Origin: a virus
Reading direction: 5' to 3' (one strand)
IMG/VR virus record: IMGVR_UViG_3300047315_000823
Length of the DNA: 64,000 nt
In this document: positions 18,206 to 26,742 of the stretch, one piece after another
Numbering within the stretch: position 1 is the first letter of the stretch
How the letters are laid out: the number at the start of each line of letters is the position of its first letter
Notes under the pieces: generated by a model
Seen by the model: the letters and a program-made list of their open reading frames with translations, nothing else
Told to the model about the DNA's origin: nothing
The model's database searches: none
Program-made: the position numbers and the translations under genes

Positions 18206-19594
18206 GTGGCGGGGTACATCGAAGACCGCTGGATGACGAGGAAAGCGGATCCAGCGACCGGCAAGAAGCGTCGGACCGCACGCTGGGGGCAGGGGAAGCG
18301 TTGGCGGGTCGCCGGCGTCCCTGGCGTGCGGGACCGGTCCTTCACCAACCTCAAGGGCCCTGACGGGGCTGAGAAGTGGCTAGCCGACTCGCAGACGGAT
18401 ACGAGCCGCGGCCACTTCTACGATCCACGCGACGGCAACATCACGCTGCGGGAGTACGTCGAGCAGACGTGGTGGCCGACGCTGCGGAAGGCGCCCGGCA
18501 CCAAGCAGTCGATGAAGCCTCGGGTCTTCAATCACATCCTTCCCCACGTGGGGCATCTGTCGCTGAACCGGATCGGGCACGACGAGATCCGGGTCTGGCT
18601 CACCCGGGTCGAGCAGGACATCGACGTGAACACGGTGCGCACGACGTGGCGCCATTTCTCGACGATCATGCAGGCGGCGCACAAGGCCAAGAGGATTGCC
18701 GAGAACCCGTTCAGGGATGAGGACTTGTCGGCGCCGGCGGCGCCTCCGTCCAAGGCGAAGGCGTGGCCCAGGGAGACAGCTGCTGCGGTGCGGGCCGAGT
18801 TGGGTCCCCGGTACGGGATCCTTGTGGACCTCGCTACCGGGGCCGGGCTGCGGCAGGGGGAGTGCTTCGGCTTCTCGCCGGACGACATCGACGGCGACGA
18901 GATCCATGTGACCCGTCAGATCGTGCGGATCAATAGCCGTCTGGCGTTCGCGCCTCCGAAGCGCGGCAAGCTCCGCGACGCACCCTGCCCTCCGGAACTG
19001 GCCCGCGCCGTCAAGGAGTACGCGAATGTCTTCCCGACGGTCGAGGTGACGCTGCCCTGGGTGGACCCGGACCGGCCGAACCTGGAGTGGGACAAGCGTC
19101 CCCTGCGGACTGTACGTCTCCTTGTGACCACACCCAGGACCGGCGGAGTCAGCGGCGGCGCACTGAACCGGGCGACGTGGGACGACAAGGCGTGGAAGCC
19201 GGCGCTCGCCCGTGCGGGCGTCATCCCGGAGCCCGAGGTCGAGTACGTGCAGGCGAACGGGAAGAAGCCGTGGCGCCGGGTGGCGTGGCGGATGCCGCGG
19301 GAGGACGGCTTCCACGTCACGCGGCATACGTTCGCTAGCATCGTGCTGTCGGAGGGTGAGACAATCACTCAGCTGGCTGCGTGGCTCGGTCACTCGGATC
19401 CGGCGTTCACGCTGAGGACTTACGTGCACTTCATGCCGAAGTCCGGGAAGCGGGCGCTGGCTGCGCTCGGCTCGTGGATGTCCCCAGGTGGGGGCGGGAC
19501 CCGAGCCGCTGAGGCCGATCAGGCTGTTGAGATCTCTCCCGGTTCTGATTCTCCCCAGATTCTCCCCAGCGAAGATCTGGATCAAGGAATCTAG
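18206..19594 (+). CDS. int: Tyrosine integrase
   Basis: GLRQGE (R), PPKRG (K), FHVTRHTFAS (HxxR), LGHSDPAFTLRTYVH (H, Y). Confidence 0.95.
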   Translation: MAGYIEDRWMTRKADPATGKKRRTARWGQGKRWRVAGVPGVRDRSFTNLKGPDGAEKWLADSQTDTSRGHFYDPRDGNITLREYVEQTWWPTLRKAPGTKQSMKPRVFNHILPHVGHLSLNRIGHDEIRVWLTRVEQDIDVNTVRTTWRHFSTIMQAAHKAKRIAENPFRDEDLSAPAAPPSKAKAWPRETAAAVRAELGPRYGILVDLATGAGLRQGECFGFSPDDIDGDEIHVTRQIVRINSRLAFAPPKRGKLRDAPCPPELARAVKEYANVFPTVEVTLPWVDPDRPNLEWDKRPLRTVRLLVTTPRTGGVSGGALNRATWDDKAWKPALARAGVIPEPEVEYVQANGKKPWRRVAWRMPREDGFHVTRHTFASIVLSEGETITQLAAWLGHSDPAFTLRTYVHFMPKSGKRALAALGSWMSPGGGGTRAAEADQAVEISPGSDSPQILPSEDLDQGI

Positions 19595-19596
19595 CC

Positions 19597-19620
19597 TTAC
19601 CTCCCAGGTCAGGGAGGTAA
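19597..19620. terminator. Hairpin between the int stop and the rnpB fragment
   Basis: TTACCTCCC-AGGTCA-GGGAGGTAA, perfect 9-bp stem. Confidence 0.75.
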
Positions 19621-19622
19621 GT

Positions 19623-19669
19623 GGCAGACGAGTCGGGCTGTACGCCGGGTTCTGTCGCCCGGTCGCCTT
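19623..19669 (-). ncRNA. rnpB: 3'-terminal fragment of RNase P RNA (att core), not a full gene
   Basis: Minus strand GACAGAACCCGGCGTACAGCCCGACTCGTCTGCC is the conserved P4/P1 3' end of actinobacterial RNase P RNA; the 5' GAGGAA(A/C)GTCC motif was not found nearby. Confidence 0.85.
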
Positions 19670-19857
19670 CCACCTGCGGTGCTTCAGCGGGATCTTCGGT
19701 GCACTGCCCTGACCTGTGGAGACGGGTGGTGACGAGTTGAGACGGGTGGTGACGGAGTCGGTTCGACCAGGTCTCCCCGGCCGCTCCCCACGGCATGTCC
19801 TCCCCAGATTCTCCCCGCGCGTCCGCCTTGCCGAGGACGTGCGACCTGCGAGAAGGC

Positions 19858-20097
19858 CTAGTGGTGCGTCTCGCAGGCGCCTCCCGGTACGTACTCGCTC
19901 CCCGAGCGGGCCGCGGACTCCCGCCGCGTGTCTTCGATAGCGATCACGCAGTCCTCGCAGCCGCGGACTTCCTTCTCGCCGTCCGCTCGGGGGTGCACGA
20001 TGCCGACCACGGCCGTGGGGACTTCGCCTCGCTCGGGATGCCGGAAGCAGATTCCGGAGGCCCACTCGTAGAGGTCGAGGATCATCTGTCGTTCCAT
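19858..20097 (-). CDS. Small Zn-binding hypothetical protein
   Basis: CFRH...CEDC; start MERQ after GGGAG. Confidence 0.55.
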   Translation of the reverse strand: MERQMILDLYEWASGICFRHPERGEVPTAVVGIVHPRADGEKEVRGCEDCVIAIEDTRRESAARSGSEYVPGGACETHH

Positions 20098-20370
20098 GTG
20101 CCGGCTCCCGTTGGCGGTGCGGATGTTGAGGTGGGGGGTGGTGACGCTGGTGCCCGACCTGTTCAACCGGATGCAGGTGGGAGGGGTTGTTCACCCCTTC
20201 GAGTGAACAAGTTTTCGATTTCCGGACACTATCGCTAGCCCTGCGACGTAGACCATGGGGCGCAGGGCGGACGTCGGTCCTGACGGGGACCGGGGTAGGC
20301 TATTTCATGATCGTAAAGCGCCGCAAAACTGCTGCTGACTTGCGACCATGATCAGTAAAGCGTTGGCGGG

Positions 20371-20601
20371 GTGCCCGACGAGCAACCTCGATGGATCATC
20401 GACGCCCGCAAGGCCGTCGGCGACCGCATCCGGGTCCGACGGCTCTACCAGAACATGACCCAGGAAAGCCTCGCCCACACCACCGGCCTGGACCGCAGCA
20501 CGATCCAGCGCATGGAGAGCGGGGCGGAGATGAAACTCAGCCACCTGCTGCTGGTCGCTCATGAGTTGCGGGTACACGTGACCGACCTCCTCCACGGCTG
20601 A
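20371..20601 (+). CDS. XRE-family HTH regulator
   Basis: MTQESLAHTTGLDRSTIQRMESG. Confidence 0.85.
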   Translation: MPDEQPRWIIDARKAVGDRIRVRRLYQNMTQESLAHTTGLDRSTIQRMESGAEMKLSHLLLVAHELRVHVTDLLHG

Positions 20602-20823
20602 GCTGCAACGATCGCTGAATCCGAACTGCCGCTGACCGAGAGTCAACATCACGGGAAGCGGTTTCGGAAGAGCGTGTGCCGCATATATCTGCACACCATG
20701 CACACAACTCGTTACGCGGCCGTGACCTTGCCTGGATCGCAACCTGCACAAACGCCGACAGACAGCACCCTCGACGCCCTGCGCCCGTCCCGCCATGGGC
20801 GGTTCGTGTCCCAATCCGCACGG

Positions 20824-21054
20824 TCACGCGCCGGCGACCCCGCGGCAGGCCGCATCCTCATGCGCCCGGTAGGCCCGGTACAGCTCCTCGGACGTCTCGC
20901 ACCGGTCGCGGTCGACGTCCCGGCAGTGGTCGCAGCGGGTCGTGTGGTCGACGTAGTCACTCCACGCCTGCTGTAACGGGGAGAGGCGGGCGCCGGAGAC
21001 TATGACCGGCGGGCGGGTTACGGGTTGGGGTGGCGGGTCTCTACGCTCGTCCAC
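20824..21054 (-). CDS. Small Zn-binding hypothetical protein
   Basis: AWSDYVDHTTRCDHC...C..SEELYRAY; exact start uncertain. Confidence 0.55.
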   Translation of the reverse strand: MDERRDPPPQPVTRPPVIVSGARLSPLQQAWSDYVDHTTRCDHCRDVDRDRCETSEELYRAYRAHEDAACRGVAGA

Positions 21055-21224
21055 GTCGACGCTCCGTTCGTCGGCTGCCTCCGGGGCTGCGTGGGCCGTG
21101 GCCTCGGAGGCTCTTGCAATTGCAGGCTAGCCCGACTTGTATCGCCCTGTCTCGATCCGCCTCGATACGGATCGACCCGGATCCCGAGATGCCGCAGCGT
21201 AGGGGCTTACCTAGCGTCGAGATC

Positions 21225-21488
21225 ATGGCCGTAGATCCCGATGCTGAGATTGACCACGAGGGCCCTGTCACCCCGTACCGGCAGCTCGCCGAGATCCTGA
21301 AGGCCCGGATCGCCCGCGGCGACTGGGTGGAAGGCCGGCCGATCGCGTCGGAGACCCGGCTGGTGCAGGAGTACGGGCTGGCCCGGTCCACCGTGCGGCG
21401 GGCGATCGCCGTGCTCGCCGAGGAGCGGGCTGTGTGGACGGTGCAGGGACGCGGCACGTATGTGGGACAGCCGCCTGCGGGGTCGTAA
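21225..21488 (+). CDS. GntR-family winged-helix regulator (DNA-binding domain only)
   Basis: PYRQLAEILKARI...SETRLVQEYGLARSTVRRAIAVL...GRGTYV; TAGCGT -10 box 7 nt before the ATG. Confidence 0.9.
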   Translation: MAVDPDAEIDHEGPVTPYRQLAEILKARIARGDWVEGRPIASETRLVQEYGLARSTVRRAIAVLAEERAVWTVQGRGTYVGQPPAGS

Positions 21489-21542
21489 CTCGCTCACCGG
21501 TTCCCCTTTGAAGGGGCACTCCACGTAGTCGAGTCTGGTCAC

Positions 21543-21773
21543 ATGAACGCGATCAACCTTGATGAGCGTAGGCCCGAGGCTGCCCAGCCCGCCTACGGCG
21601 GAGCAGTCTGCGGATGCGGGGAGGCCTGGTTCGTCCTCAACGGCGACAACACGGCACCCAACGGCGCCGTCTGCATGACGAAGGACGGAGCCGTCACCGG
21701 CTACACGGGCCGTCCGCGATGCATGTCCTGCGGCCAGCGCTACCAGTTCCAGCCGCCTCCCGCCGAGGGCTGA
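21543..21773 (+). CDS. Small Cys-rich protein
   Basis: CGCG...C...CMSC. Confidence 0.55.
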   Translation: MNAINLDERRPEAAQPAYGGAVCGCGEAWFVLNGDNTAPNGAVCMTKDGAVTGYTGRPRCMSCGQRYQFQPPPAEG

Positions 21774-21805
21774 CCACTGTCACAGGCTGGCTCTAGGATT
21801 TGACC

Positions 21806-22000
21806 ATGCCTCCCACTCCCCCGGTCCCGGGTTCCGCGCGGTCTGCTGCCGCGTTGAACGCGCGCATCCGGGCCCTGTGGCCGCACCCGTCGATGCGGCT
21901 CACGGATGCCGAGCGGCGGGAGTACGCGGCGCTCGTCACCGAGTGGGCCATCGCTGATGCGGCGGAACGGCGGCGCGGGGACCACATCACGGCGGCTTAG
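21806..22000 (+). CDS. Small hypothetical protein
   Basis: RSAAALNARIRALW...EYAALVTEW; TAGGAT 6 nt before the ATG. Confidence 0.65.
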   Translation: MPPTPPVPGSARSAAALNARIRALWPHPSMRLTDAERREYAALVTEWAIADAAERRRGDHITAA

Positions 22001-22009
22001 GATCCTGCG

Positions 22010-22207
22010 GTGGCAACCATCGAATTCCCCGACGATCTACTCGCGCTGGAACGTTCCGCCTGGGAGGCGATCCAGGCCGGGCGGCTGACTGTGGACACGG
22101 CACGGGCAGTACACGAGGGCATCGCCGCCTTCGCGAAGCAGGCCGGGGTCGGGCGGTACGACGTCGAGATGGGGCTCAAAAGGGCCGTGCGGCATACCGC
22201 ACAGTGA
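22010..22207 (+). CDS. Small hypothetical protein
   Basis: IEFPDDLLALERSAW...RYDVEMGLKRAVRH; TAGGAT 6 nt before the GTG. Confidence 0.65.
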   Translation: MATIEFPDDLLALERSAWEAIQAGRLTVDTARAVHEGIAAFAKQAGVGRYDVEMGLKRAVRHTAQ

Positions 22208-22541
22208 TCTGCTCTCCGTCCCACACCAGAGTGTCCCCGCTGGTCGCGGCGACTGGCGGTTCGCTGCCGCGTTGCGCCATGACGCTGCTGCTTCCCCAGC
22301 TGGAGATGCAGCGGTAGCCGTGCCGCTCGCACCACAGGCCCGGCCCGTCGGCCTCCAGTGCCCCAGCAAGAGTGAGTCGACTGGGGTCCGCGATGGCCCG
22401 GTTGCCGATCATTCTGCGTAGGAAGTACGCGAACTCCTGGTGCCCCCCGAGTTCAGCCGCGCGACGTTGAGGGTGTGCGAGCGGGTCGGCCTGCCGCATG
22501 TGCCAGGCTGCGAGCTCTTCGAGTGTCCTGAAATTCACCAC
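22176..22541 (-). CDS. Hypothetical protein
   Basis: 121-aa ORF with plausible composition; overlaps the convergent gene by 32 nt. Confidence 0.4.
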   Translation of the reverse strand: MVNFRTLEELAAWHMRQADPLAHPQRRAAELGGHQEFAYFLRRMIGNRAIADPSRLTLAGALEADGPGLWCERHGYRCISSWGSSSVMAQRGSEPPVAATSGDTLVWDGEQITVRYAARPF

Positions 22542-22632
22542 GACACCCTCCTGACAGCAGTCCGCCCCGGTGCATCACGCCGGGGCGGCCTCAGCTCACG
22601 CAGCCAGCATGCGCTGATGAATGAGTCCAAGT

Positions 22633-22788
22633 CTAGGAGTCGCCGCTGACAACGGGGTGCCGCGTCGACAGGCGGTACTCGTCGACGGGCGGGGCGTCCT
22701 CTTCGGCGGTGACGATGTCGTCCTGGCATCCGCACAGACAACCGTCGTCGTCCTCGCGGTGCGGGATCAGTTCTCCCCAGCGGCTCAT
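22633..22788 (-). CDS. Small acidic protein
   Basis: AGGAGG RBS; CLCGC. Confidence 0.5.
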   Translation of the reverse strand: MSRWGELIPHREDDDGCLCGCQDDIVTAEEDAPPVDEYRLSTRHPVVSGDS

Positions 22789-22826
22789 CAGCGACCTCCT
22801 TGCGTTTCCGCCAGGATGGCAGAGGG

Positions 22827-23021
22827 CTACGGCTCCTTCGGCCAAGTCGTCAACACGGTGCCGTCCAGCTCGTCGACGAGGGTGATACGGACGCCGGGCA
22901 TGCTGCCGCGCTCGCCGACCCGCGACGAGAACTGGCGGCGGGCCGTCGCCTCGCTCGTCCACCAGCCCTGCATCGCAGGCTGGCCAGACAGGGTCAGGGT
23001 GAGGTGATAGCGGTCATCCAC
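22827..23021 (-). CDS. Small Streptomyces-type hypothetical protein
   Basis: RYHLTL...GWW..EATARR...ITLVDE..G.VL..WP; CAGGCT 6 nt before the GTG. Confidence 0.65.
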   Translation of the reverse strand: MDDRYHLTLTLSGQPAMQGWWTSEATARRQFSSRVGERGSMPGVRITLVDELDGTVLTTWPKEP

Positions 23022-23205
23022 GCGGTCAGCCTGCCGTGCCGTCGACAGCAACGGTCAGTGCGACACCCGCCTCGCGGCGTGCCCGCCGGACAGCGCGCTG
23101 TGGATCATCGACGGCTGACCCAATTCGATTGATTCTCTGGAATCGCCACCCACGAACACAGCGCGCGGGCGTACTGTCCTGCCGCTACGACAACAGGGGG
23201 ACACC

Positions 23206-23328
23206 ATGATTGGGCTCGCGATCACACTTATGCGCCTCGGGCTTCGGGTGAGCTTTGCGACGATCGACTTACTCGTGTGGATGTGCACGTTGGGAAAGGT
23301 CGACCCGCGCTCACGCCGCATCGTGTAG
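23206..23328 (+). CDS. 40-aa hydrophobic peptide containing a TTA codon (not in the ORF track)
   Basis: AGGGGG RBS, MIGLAITLMRLGLRVSFATIDLLVWMCTLGKVDPRSRRIV*; TTA at 23269-23271. Confidence 0.5.
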   Translation: MIGLAITLMRLGLRVSFATIDLLVWMCTLGKVDPRSRRIV

Positions 23329-23563
23329 CCGTTGCGACGCCGGGCAGCCGCATAGCCTCCCGTGGAGAGGGCCGGGAGGCGCGGCGGACCCCGCCAGACG
23401 CGCAGCACGCGGCGGGACCCGATGCAGGGGCCTTCACCTGGGGGGATCGGGGAGCCTGCGCGATCAACGATGCACCACAAACCAGCCACGCGATAGATGG
23501 CGGCTGGAAGTAATCTCCGGGCAGGTCAACCGCGCTGTCAGACCCGCCAGCGAGAATGCCCCC

Positions 23564-23749
23564 ATGGCGATCACGATGACGAACTACGGCCTCACCTGGA
23601 CCGACCCCGACGGCACCCCGCGCGCAGCCGCCGTCAGCTACGACAGGGGCAGCGCCGAGGAGCGCAAGGGCCGGCTCGAAGCGGAAGGGTGCACCGACGT
23701 GGAGATCGTCGAGACGAAGCCCGGGGAGCTGGCGCAGCCGCGGAACTGA
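23564..23749 (+). CDS. Small hypothetical protein
   Basis: NYGLTWTDPDGTPRAAAVSYD; GAGAAT 6 nt before the ATG. Confidence 0.65.
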   Translation: MAITMTNYGLTWTDPDGTPRAAAVSYDRGSAEERKGRLEAEGCTDVEIVETKPGELAQPRN

Positions 23750-23827
23750 GGCGCGAGCGCCCGCCCGGTCTGGGGCAGGTGCTCAGCAGGTCTCCCGCAA
23801 CAACAACCACTCTCCACGCAGTGGGTG

Positions 23828-24106
23828 TCACTTCTCTTTCTTGGCGGCCTCGATAGCGGCCCAGATGGCGCCAGCAGCGGCGACGAGGACGGCCACGATC
23901 AGATAGGGGGGTGCGGCGTCCTGGCAGCCGGGAAATCTGTGGAACGCAGCAGAGAGTGCGGGCCCGCAGGGAATGGTTGCTTCCGCCTGTTCGCCAACGG
24001 GGCCAGTCATCGTGGTGAAGGACACGGGTAGCAGAGCGACGACGAGGGCGATGGCGCCTGCAGCTATGGCAATGATCGTGGCGCGGGTACGGGCGGGCAT
24101 CGGCAT
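23828..24106 (-). CDS. Two-TM membrane protein
   Basis: Two hydrophobic helices flanking a C...C loop. Confidence 0.65.
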   Translation of the reverse strand: MPMPARTRATIIAIAAGAIALVVALLPVSFTTMTGPVGEQAEATIPCGPALSAAFHRFPGCQDAAPPYLIVAVLVAAAGAIWAAIEAAKKEK

Positions 24107-24344
24107 TCCTTCTGTGGAGGCGTCAACTTGCGTTGAATACCACAGCACAAGGGTCTACAGAAATGACCGAACAACCACGCGAGAGGGATGCGCTCTTCTC
24201 TGGCCTGTCACGGGCTGTCGGCGGCGACCACTCGTCCGTCAACTGATCCTGTCGGTGTCGTCGCCCTCGTGGAGGTCGAAGCGGTGCGGGTCGTCGGTGG
24301 CGCGGATCTCCAGGGTCACGAAGCGCTCTCCTCTTCGTCCTTGC

Positions 24345-24896
24345 TCAGCCGCTCCCCAGCTTGGCGGCCAACTGGTAGGCCGGGTGATTGTCGAGGCGGT
24401 TCGGGTTGATGGCGCGCGGCCTAGCCCATCCGTGGAACGGGTCCCAGTACCGCAGGTGGATTCCGAGGATCTGTGCTGGCGGCCTTTCGCGGTACTTCCG
24501 GAAGAGGCCGTTGTCGTGCGGCTCGCGCCTGTTGCAGCTTCGGCAGAGCATGCCGCGTATCAGCCCGGTGTCATGGTCGTGGTCGTCCACCAGGCGCACG
24601 TCGCAGTAGCCGCAGACAGCGCACCGGCCAGCGTGCCATGCCCTGAAGACCGAGCGATCGTCGTCGCCCTCGGAGATCACCATCTCCCAGGACCAGCAGA
24701 CCGGATCACGGGCAGCGAGCCGTTCGACGTGGTGGCGCTCCGACTCGGCGAAGCCGACGTCCCGAACTTCGCGCAGATTCACGGGCAGGTGCCGACCACA
24801 GAGTTGTGGGTCGCCCTCCAAGCCGTGCGGCCAGCGACTGGCCTGCGCCTTGCAGGGGCGCCCAGTCGTGGTCGTCGCTGTGCAGACGGGGTTCAC
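24345..24896 (-). CDS. Endonuclease VII domain protein
   Basis: CAVCG...DHDHDTGLIRGMLCRSCN; GTGA overlap with the recombinase stop. Confidence 0.85.
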   Translation of the reverse strand: MNPVCTATTTTGRPCKAQASRWPHGLEGDPQLCGRHLPVNLREVRDVGFAESERHHVERLAARDPVCWSWEMVISEGDDDRSVFRAWHAGRCAVCGYCDVRLVDDHDHDTGLIRGMLCRSCNRREPHDNGLFRKYRERPPAQILGIHLRYWDPFHGWARPRAINPNRLDNHPAYQLAAKLGSG

Positions 24897-25921
24897 AGTC
24901 CGATGTCCTCCGATGCGGCGTCGGTCCACTTGTCGGCTTCGCGAATGTAGCCCCAGAAGGCTGGGCTATTCTCTGCGTGACCGGACTGAGCGCGGATCTT
25001 CTCCTCGCGCTTGCCTGCCTTGCGGCTCGTAGTGATGAACCCGGCTCGCATGCTGTGACCAGTCAATCGGACGGCTACGCCTGCGCGTTCGGCGTTGCGG
25101 GTGATGATCTCGCGGACGGCTTCCGGGGAGAGCGCGTGCTCACCGAGATGGCCCCAGACGTCCACGGGGAGGAAGGCCGGCCCCGCGGTGATGCCTGCGG
25201 TGGCGCGCCAGTTGAGCCAGGCGCGGACGGGGCAGGTGTCGACGTTCTTGCCGTAGCTGACGACGACGTCTCGGGGCGGGCGTCCTTTCACGGCGGGGAC
25301 GTGGACTTCGAGTCCTTGGCTGACGTGGACGATGGCTTCGGCTCGCAGCTCGGCGACTTCGGCCGAGCGTCCGGCGATGCCGAAGGCCATGAGCCAGAGG
25401 GCGCGGTCGCGGAGTCCGGTGAGCCCGTCGGCGACGGCGGCGTTCATCTGGCGCAGTTGCTCGGGGGTGACCGCTGCGGCTTTGCCTCGTCCGCGCGCCA
25501 TGCGTTCGGGGTCGTTCTTCATTGGCTTGAGGGCTTGTCGCGCGGCGACGGTGGCGGCCTTGGGGACTTCGACGCCGAGGCCGCGCGCGGTGACGGTGAC
25601 CCCGGTGATCCTGCGGTCGATTGACGTGGGCGCGGCGAGCTTGATGGTGTCGAGCCATACGACGAACCCGACAAGCGTGCCCTTGGTGACGTCGGTCAAC
25701 GCGAGCGGGTGGCCGGTCTGTTCGGCGAGCCAATCGTGGAACTCGGTCCAGAGGTTCCAGTCGTTGGCATAGCCGCGCTTCGTGTTGTTGGGGCGGATGG
25801 CGTCGAGGTGCTGTTCGGCTGCCTGCTCCATCGCGGCGAGGACCGCGAGCGTCGCAGCGTCACGGACGGCGGGGGTGGCGTCCGGCTGCTGCGGGACGAG
25901 GGCGGTGGAGTCGTCCGTCAC
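24893..25921 (-). CDS. Second tyrosine recombinase (Cre/XerC-like)
   Basis: NTKRGYANDW SAM-like domain, RDRAL...GRSAEV, GHSMRAG, SGH...FWGYI. Confidence 0.9.
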   Translation of the reverse strand: MTDDSTALVPQQPDATPAVRDAATLAVLAAMEQAAEQHLDAIRPNNTKRGYANDWNLWTEFHDWLAEQTGHPLALTDVTKGTLVGFVVWLDTIKLAAPTSIDRRITGVTVTARGLGVEVPKAATVAARQALKPMKNDPERMARGRGKAAAVTPEQLRQMNAAVADGLTGLRDRALWLMAFGIAGRSAEVAELRAEAIVHVSQGLEVHVPAVKGRPPRDVVVSYGKNVDTCPVRAWLNWRATAGITAGPAFLPVDVWGHLGEHALSPEAVREIITRNAERAGVAVRLTGHSMRAGFITTSRKAGKREEKIRAQSGHAENSPAFWGYIREADKWTDAASEDIGL

Positions 25922-26352
25922 TGCCCGCTCCCTACAGGCCACTCGTTGCCGCCGGGATCGATCCACTCCAGAGGCAGACCGGCCTCCTTGCGCATCTCGT
26001 TACGTCGCACCAACGCATCCATTTCTTCGCCGCGCTGGCGAGCAGACTCTCGCATGCGCTCGCGCACCACGCCGTTGGCGACGTCCAGCGCGGCGTCAGC
26101 AATGCAGTCAACGCACGCCCAGTCGGTGACGTGCTCCAGGTGGTAGGCGGCTGGCAGCTCCTGGAAGGAGCGGAACAGCAGGCGGGAGGCGCTGACGACA
26201 CAGGTGCCGAGCGCGGGCCCCCGACCGCAGAGGCAGTCTCCGCCCAGCTCGGCGACAGTCTGCGGAATGTTGACGGAGGTGACCTGACCTATCCCGGCAT
26301 CGCGGCGAGCGCGACGGCGAGCCAACAGCTCGTCTGAGGGGTTTTGAGGCAT
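25918..26352 (-). CDS. Cys/His-rich hypothetical protein
   Basis: CLC...C...H..H..CVDC; TACAAT 5 nt before the ATG; GTGA overlap with the recombinase. Confidence 0.65.
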   Translation of the reverse strand: MPQNPSDELLARRRARRDAGIGQVTSVNIPQTVAELGGDCLCGRGPALGTCVVSASRLLFRSFQELPAAYHLEHVTDWACVDCIADAALDVANGVVRERMRESARQRGEEMDALVRRNEMRKEAGLPLEWIDPGGNEWPVGSGQ

Positions 26353-26442
26353 GGCCAATTGTACCGTTTTTTCGCCCGCGATATGGCATGTTATCGAGAG
26401 TCGCACCTGGTCAACTCGTAGCGCTTCAGGGAACGTTATGCG

Positions 26443-26625
26443 CTACTGCTCTAGCCCGAGAAGGCTGGTCGGCTTCGCCTTCGGGATCGGCCCGGCAGGG
26501 TTCGTCATGATCCGGCGGAGCTCGGCAACCAATTCGTCGCTCGGCTCGGGTGCCTCGGCGACGCGGGCGTGAATCTGGGCGATGACGTCGTCGCCGAGGA
26601 TCTTGCGGCGCTCTTCTCTGTCCAT
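26443..26625 (-). CDS. Small hypothetical protein
   Basis: MDREERRKILGDDVIAQIHARVAEAP. Confidence 0.55.
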   Translation of the reverse strand: MDREERRKILGDDVIAQIHARVAEAPEPSDELVAELRRIMTNPAGPIPKAKPTSLLGLEQ

Positions 26626-26742
26626 GGTCTGTAACCGAGCCGCCAGCCAGAAGGATGCGCCTCGCTCTGGGAAAGCAACGTGTATCCGGGGTGATGTGCT
26701 GGCGTGAGGGGTTCGACTTGACGCCGTAGTTAGCCTCCGAAC

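Larger units (their letters stand above)
19547..19816. other. attP: arm-type repeats, RDF-type repeats and a core matching the rnpB 3' end
   Basis: GATTCTCCCCA x2 at 19547-19568 and CTCCCCAGATTCTCCCC at 19800-19816; CAGGTCAGGG/CCCTGACCTG inverted pair at 19605 and 19707; GAGACGGGTGGTGACG x2 at 19719 and 19739. Confidence 0.8.

Noticed and set aside
19670-20100. Full-length rnpB gene
   Set aside because: The 5' conserved GAGGAA(A/C)GTCC element and other helices were not found, and a protein-coding ORF occupies the space
23228-23235. TTATGCGC as a second copy of the dif-like site at 26436
   Set aside because: Only 8 bp match and there is no symmetric partner arm, so chance cannot be excluded
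24230-24312. 26-27-codon ORFs on both strands between the membrane gene and EndoVII
   Set aside because: Too short and without motifs; possibly gene remnants
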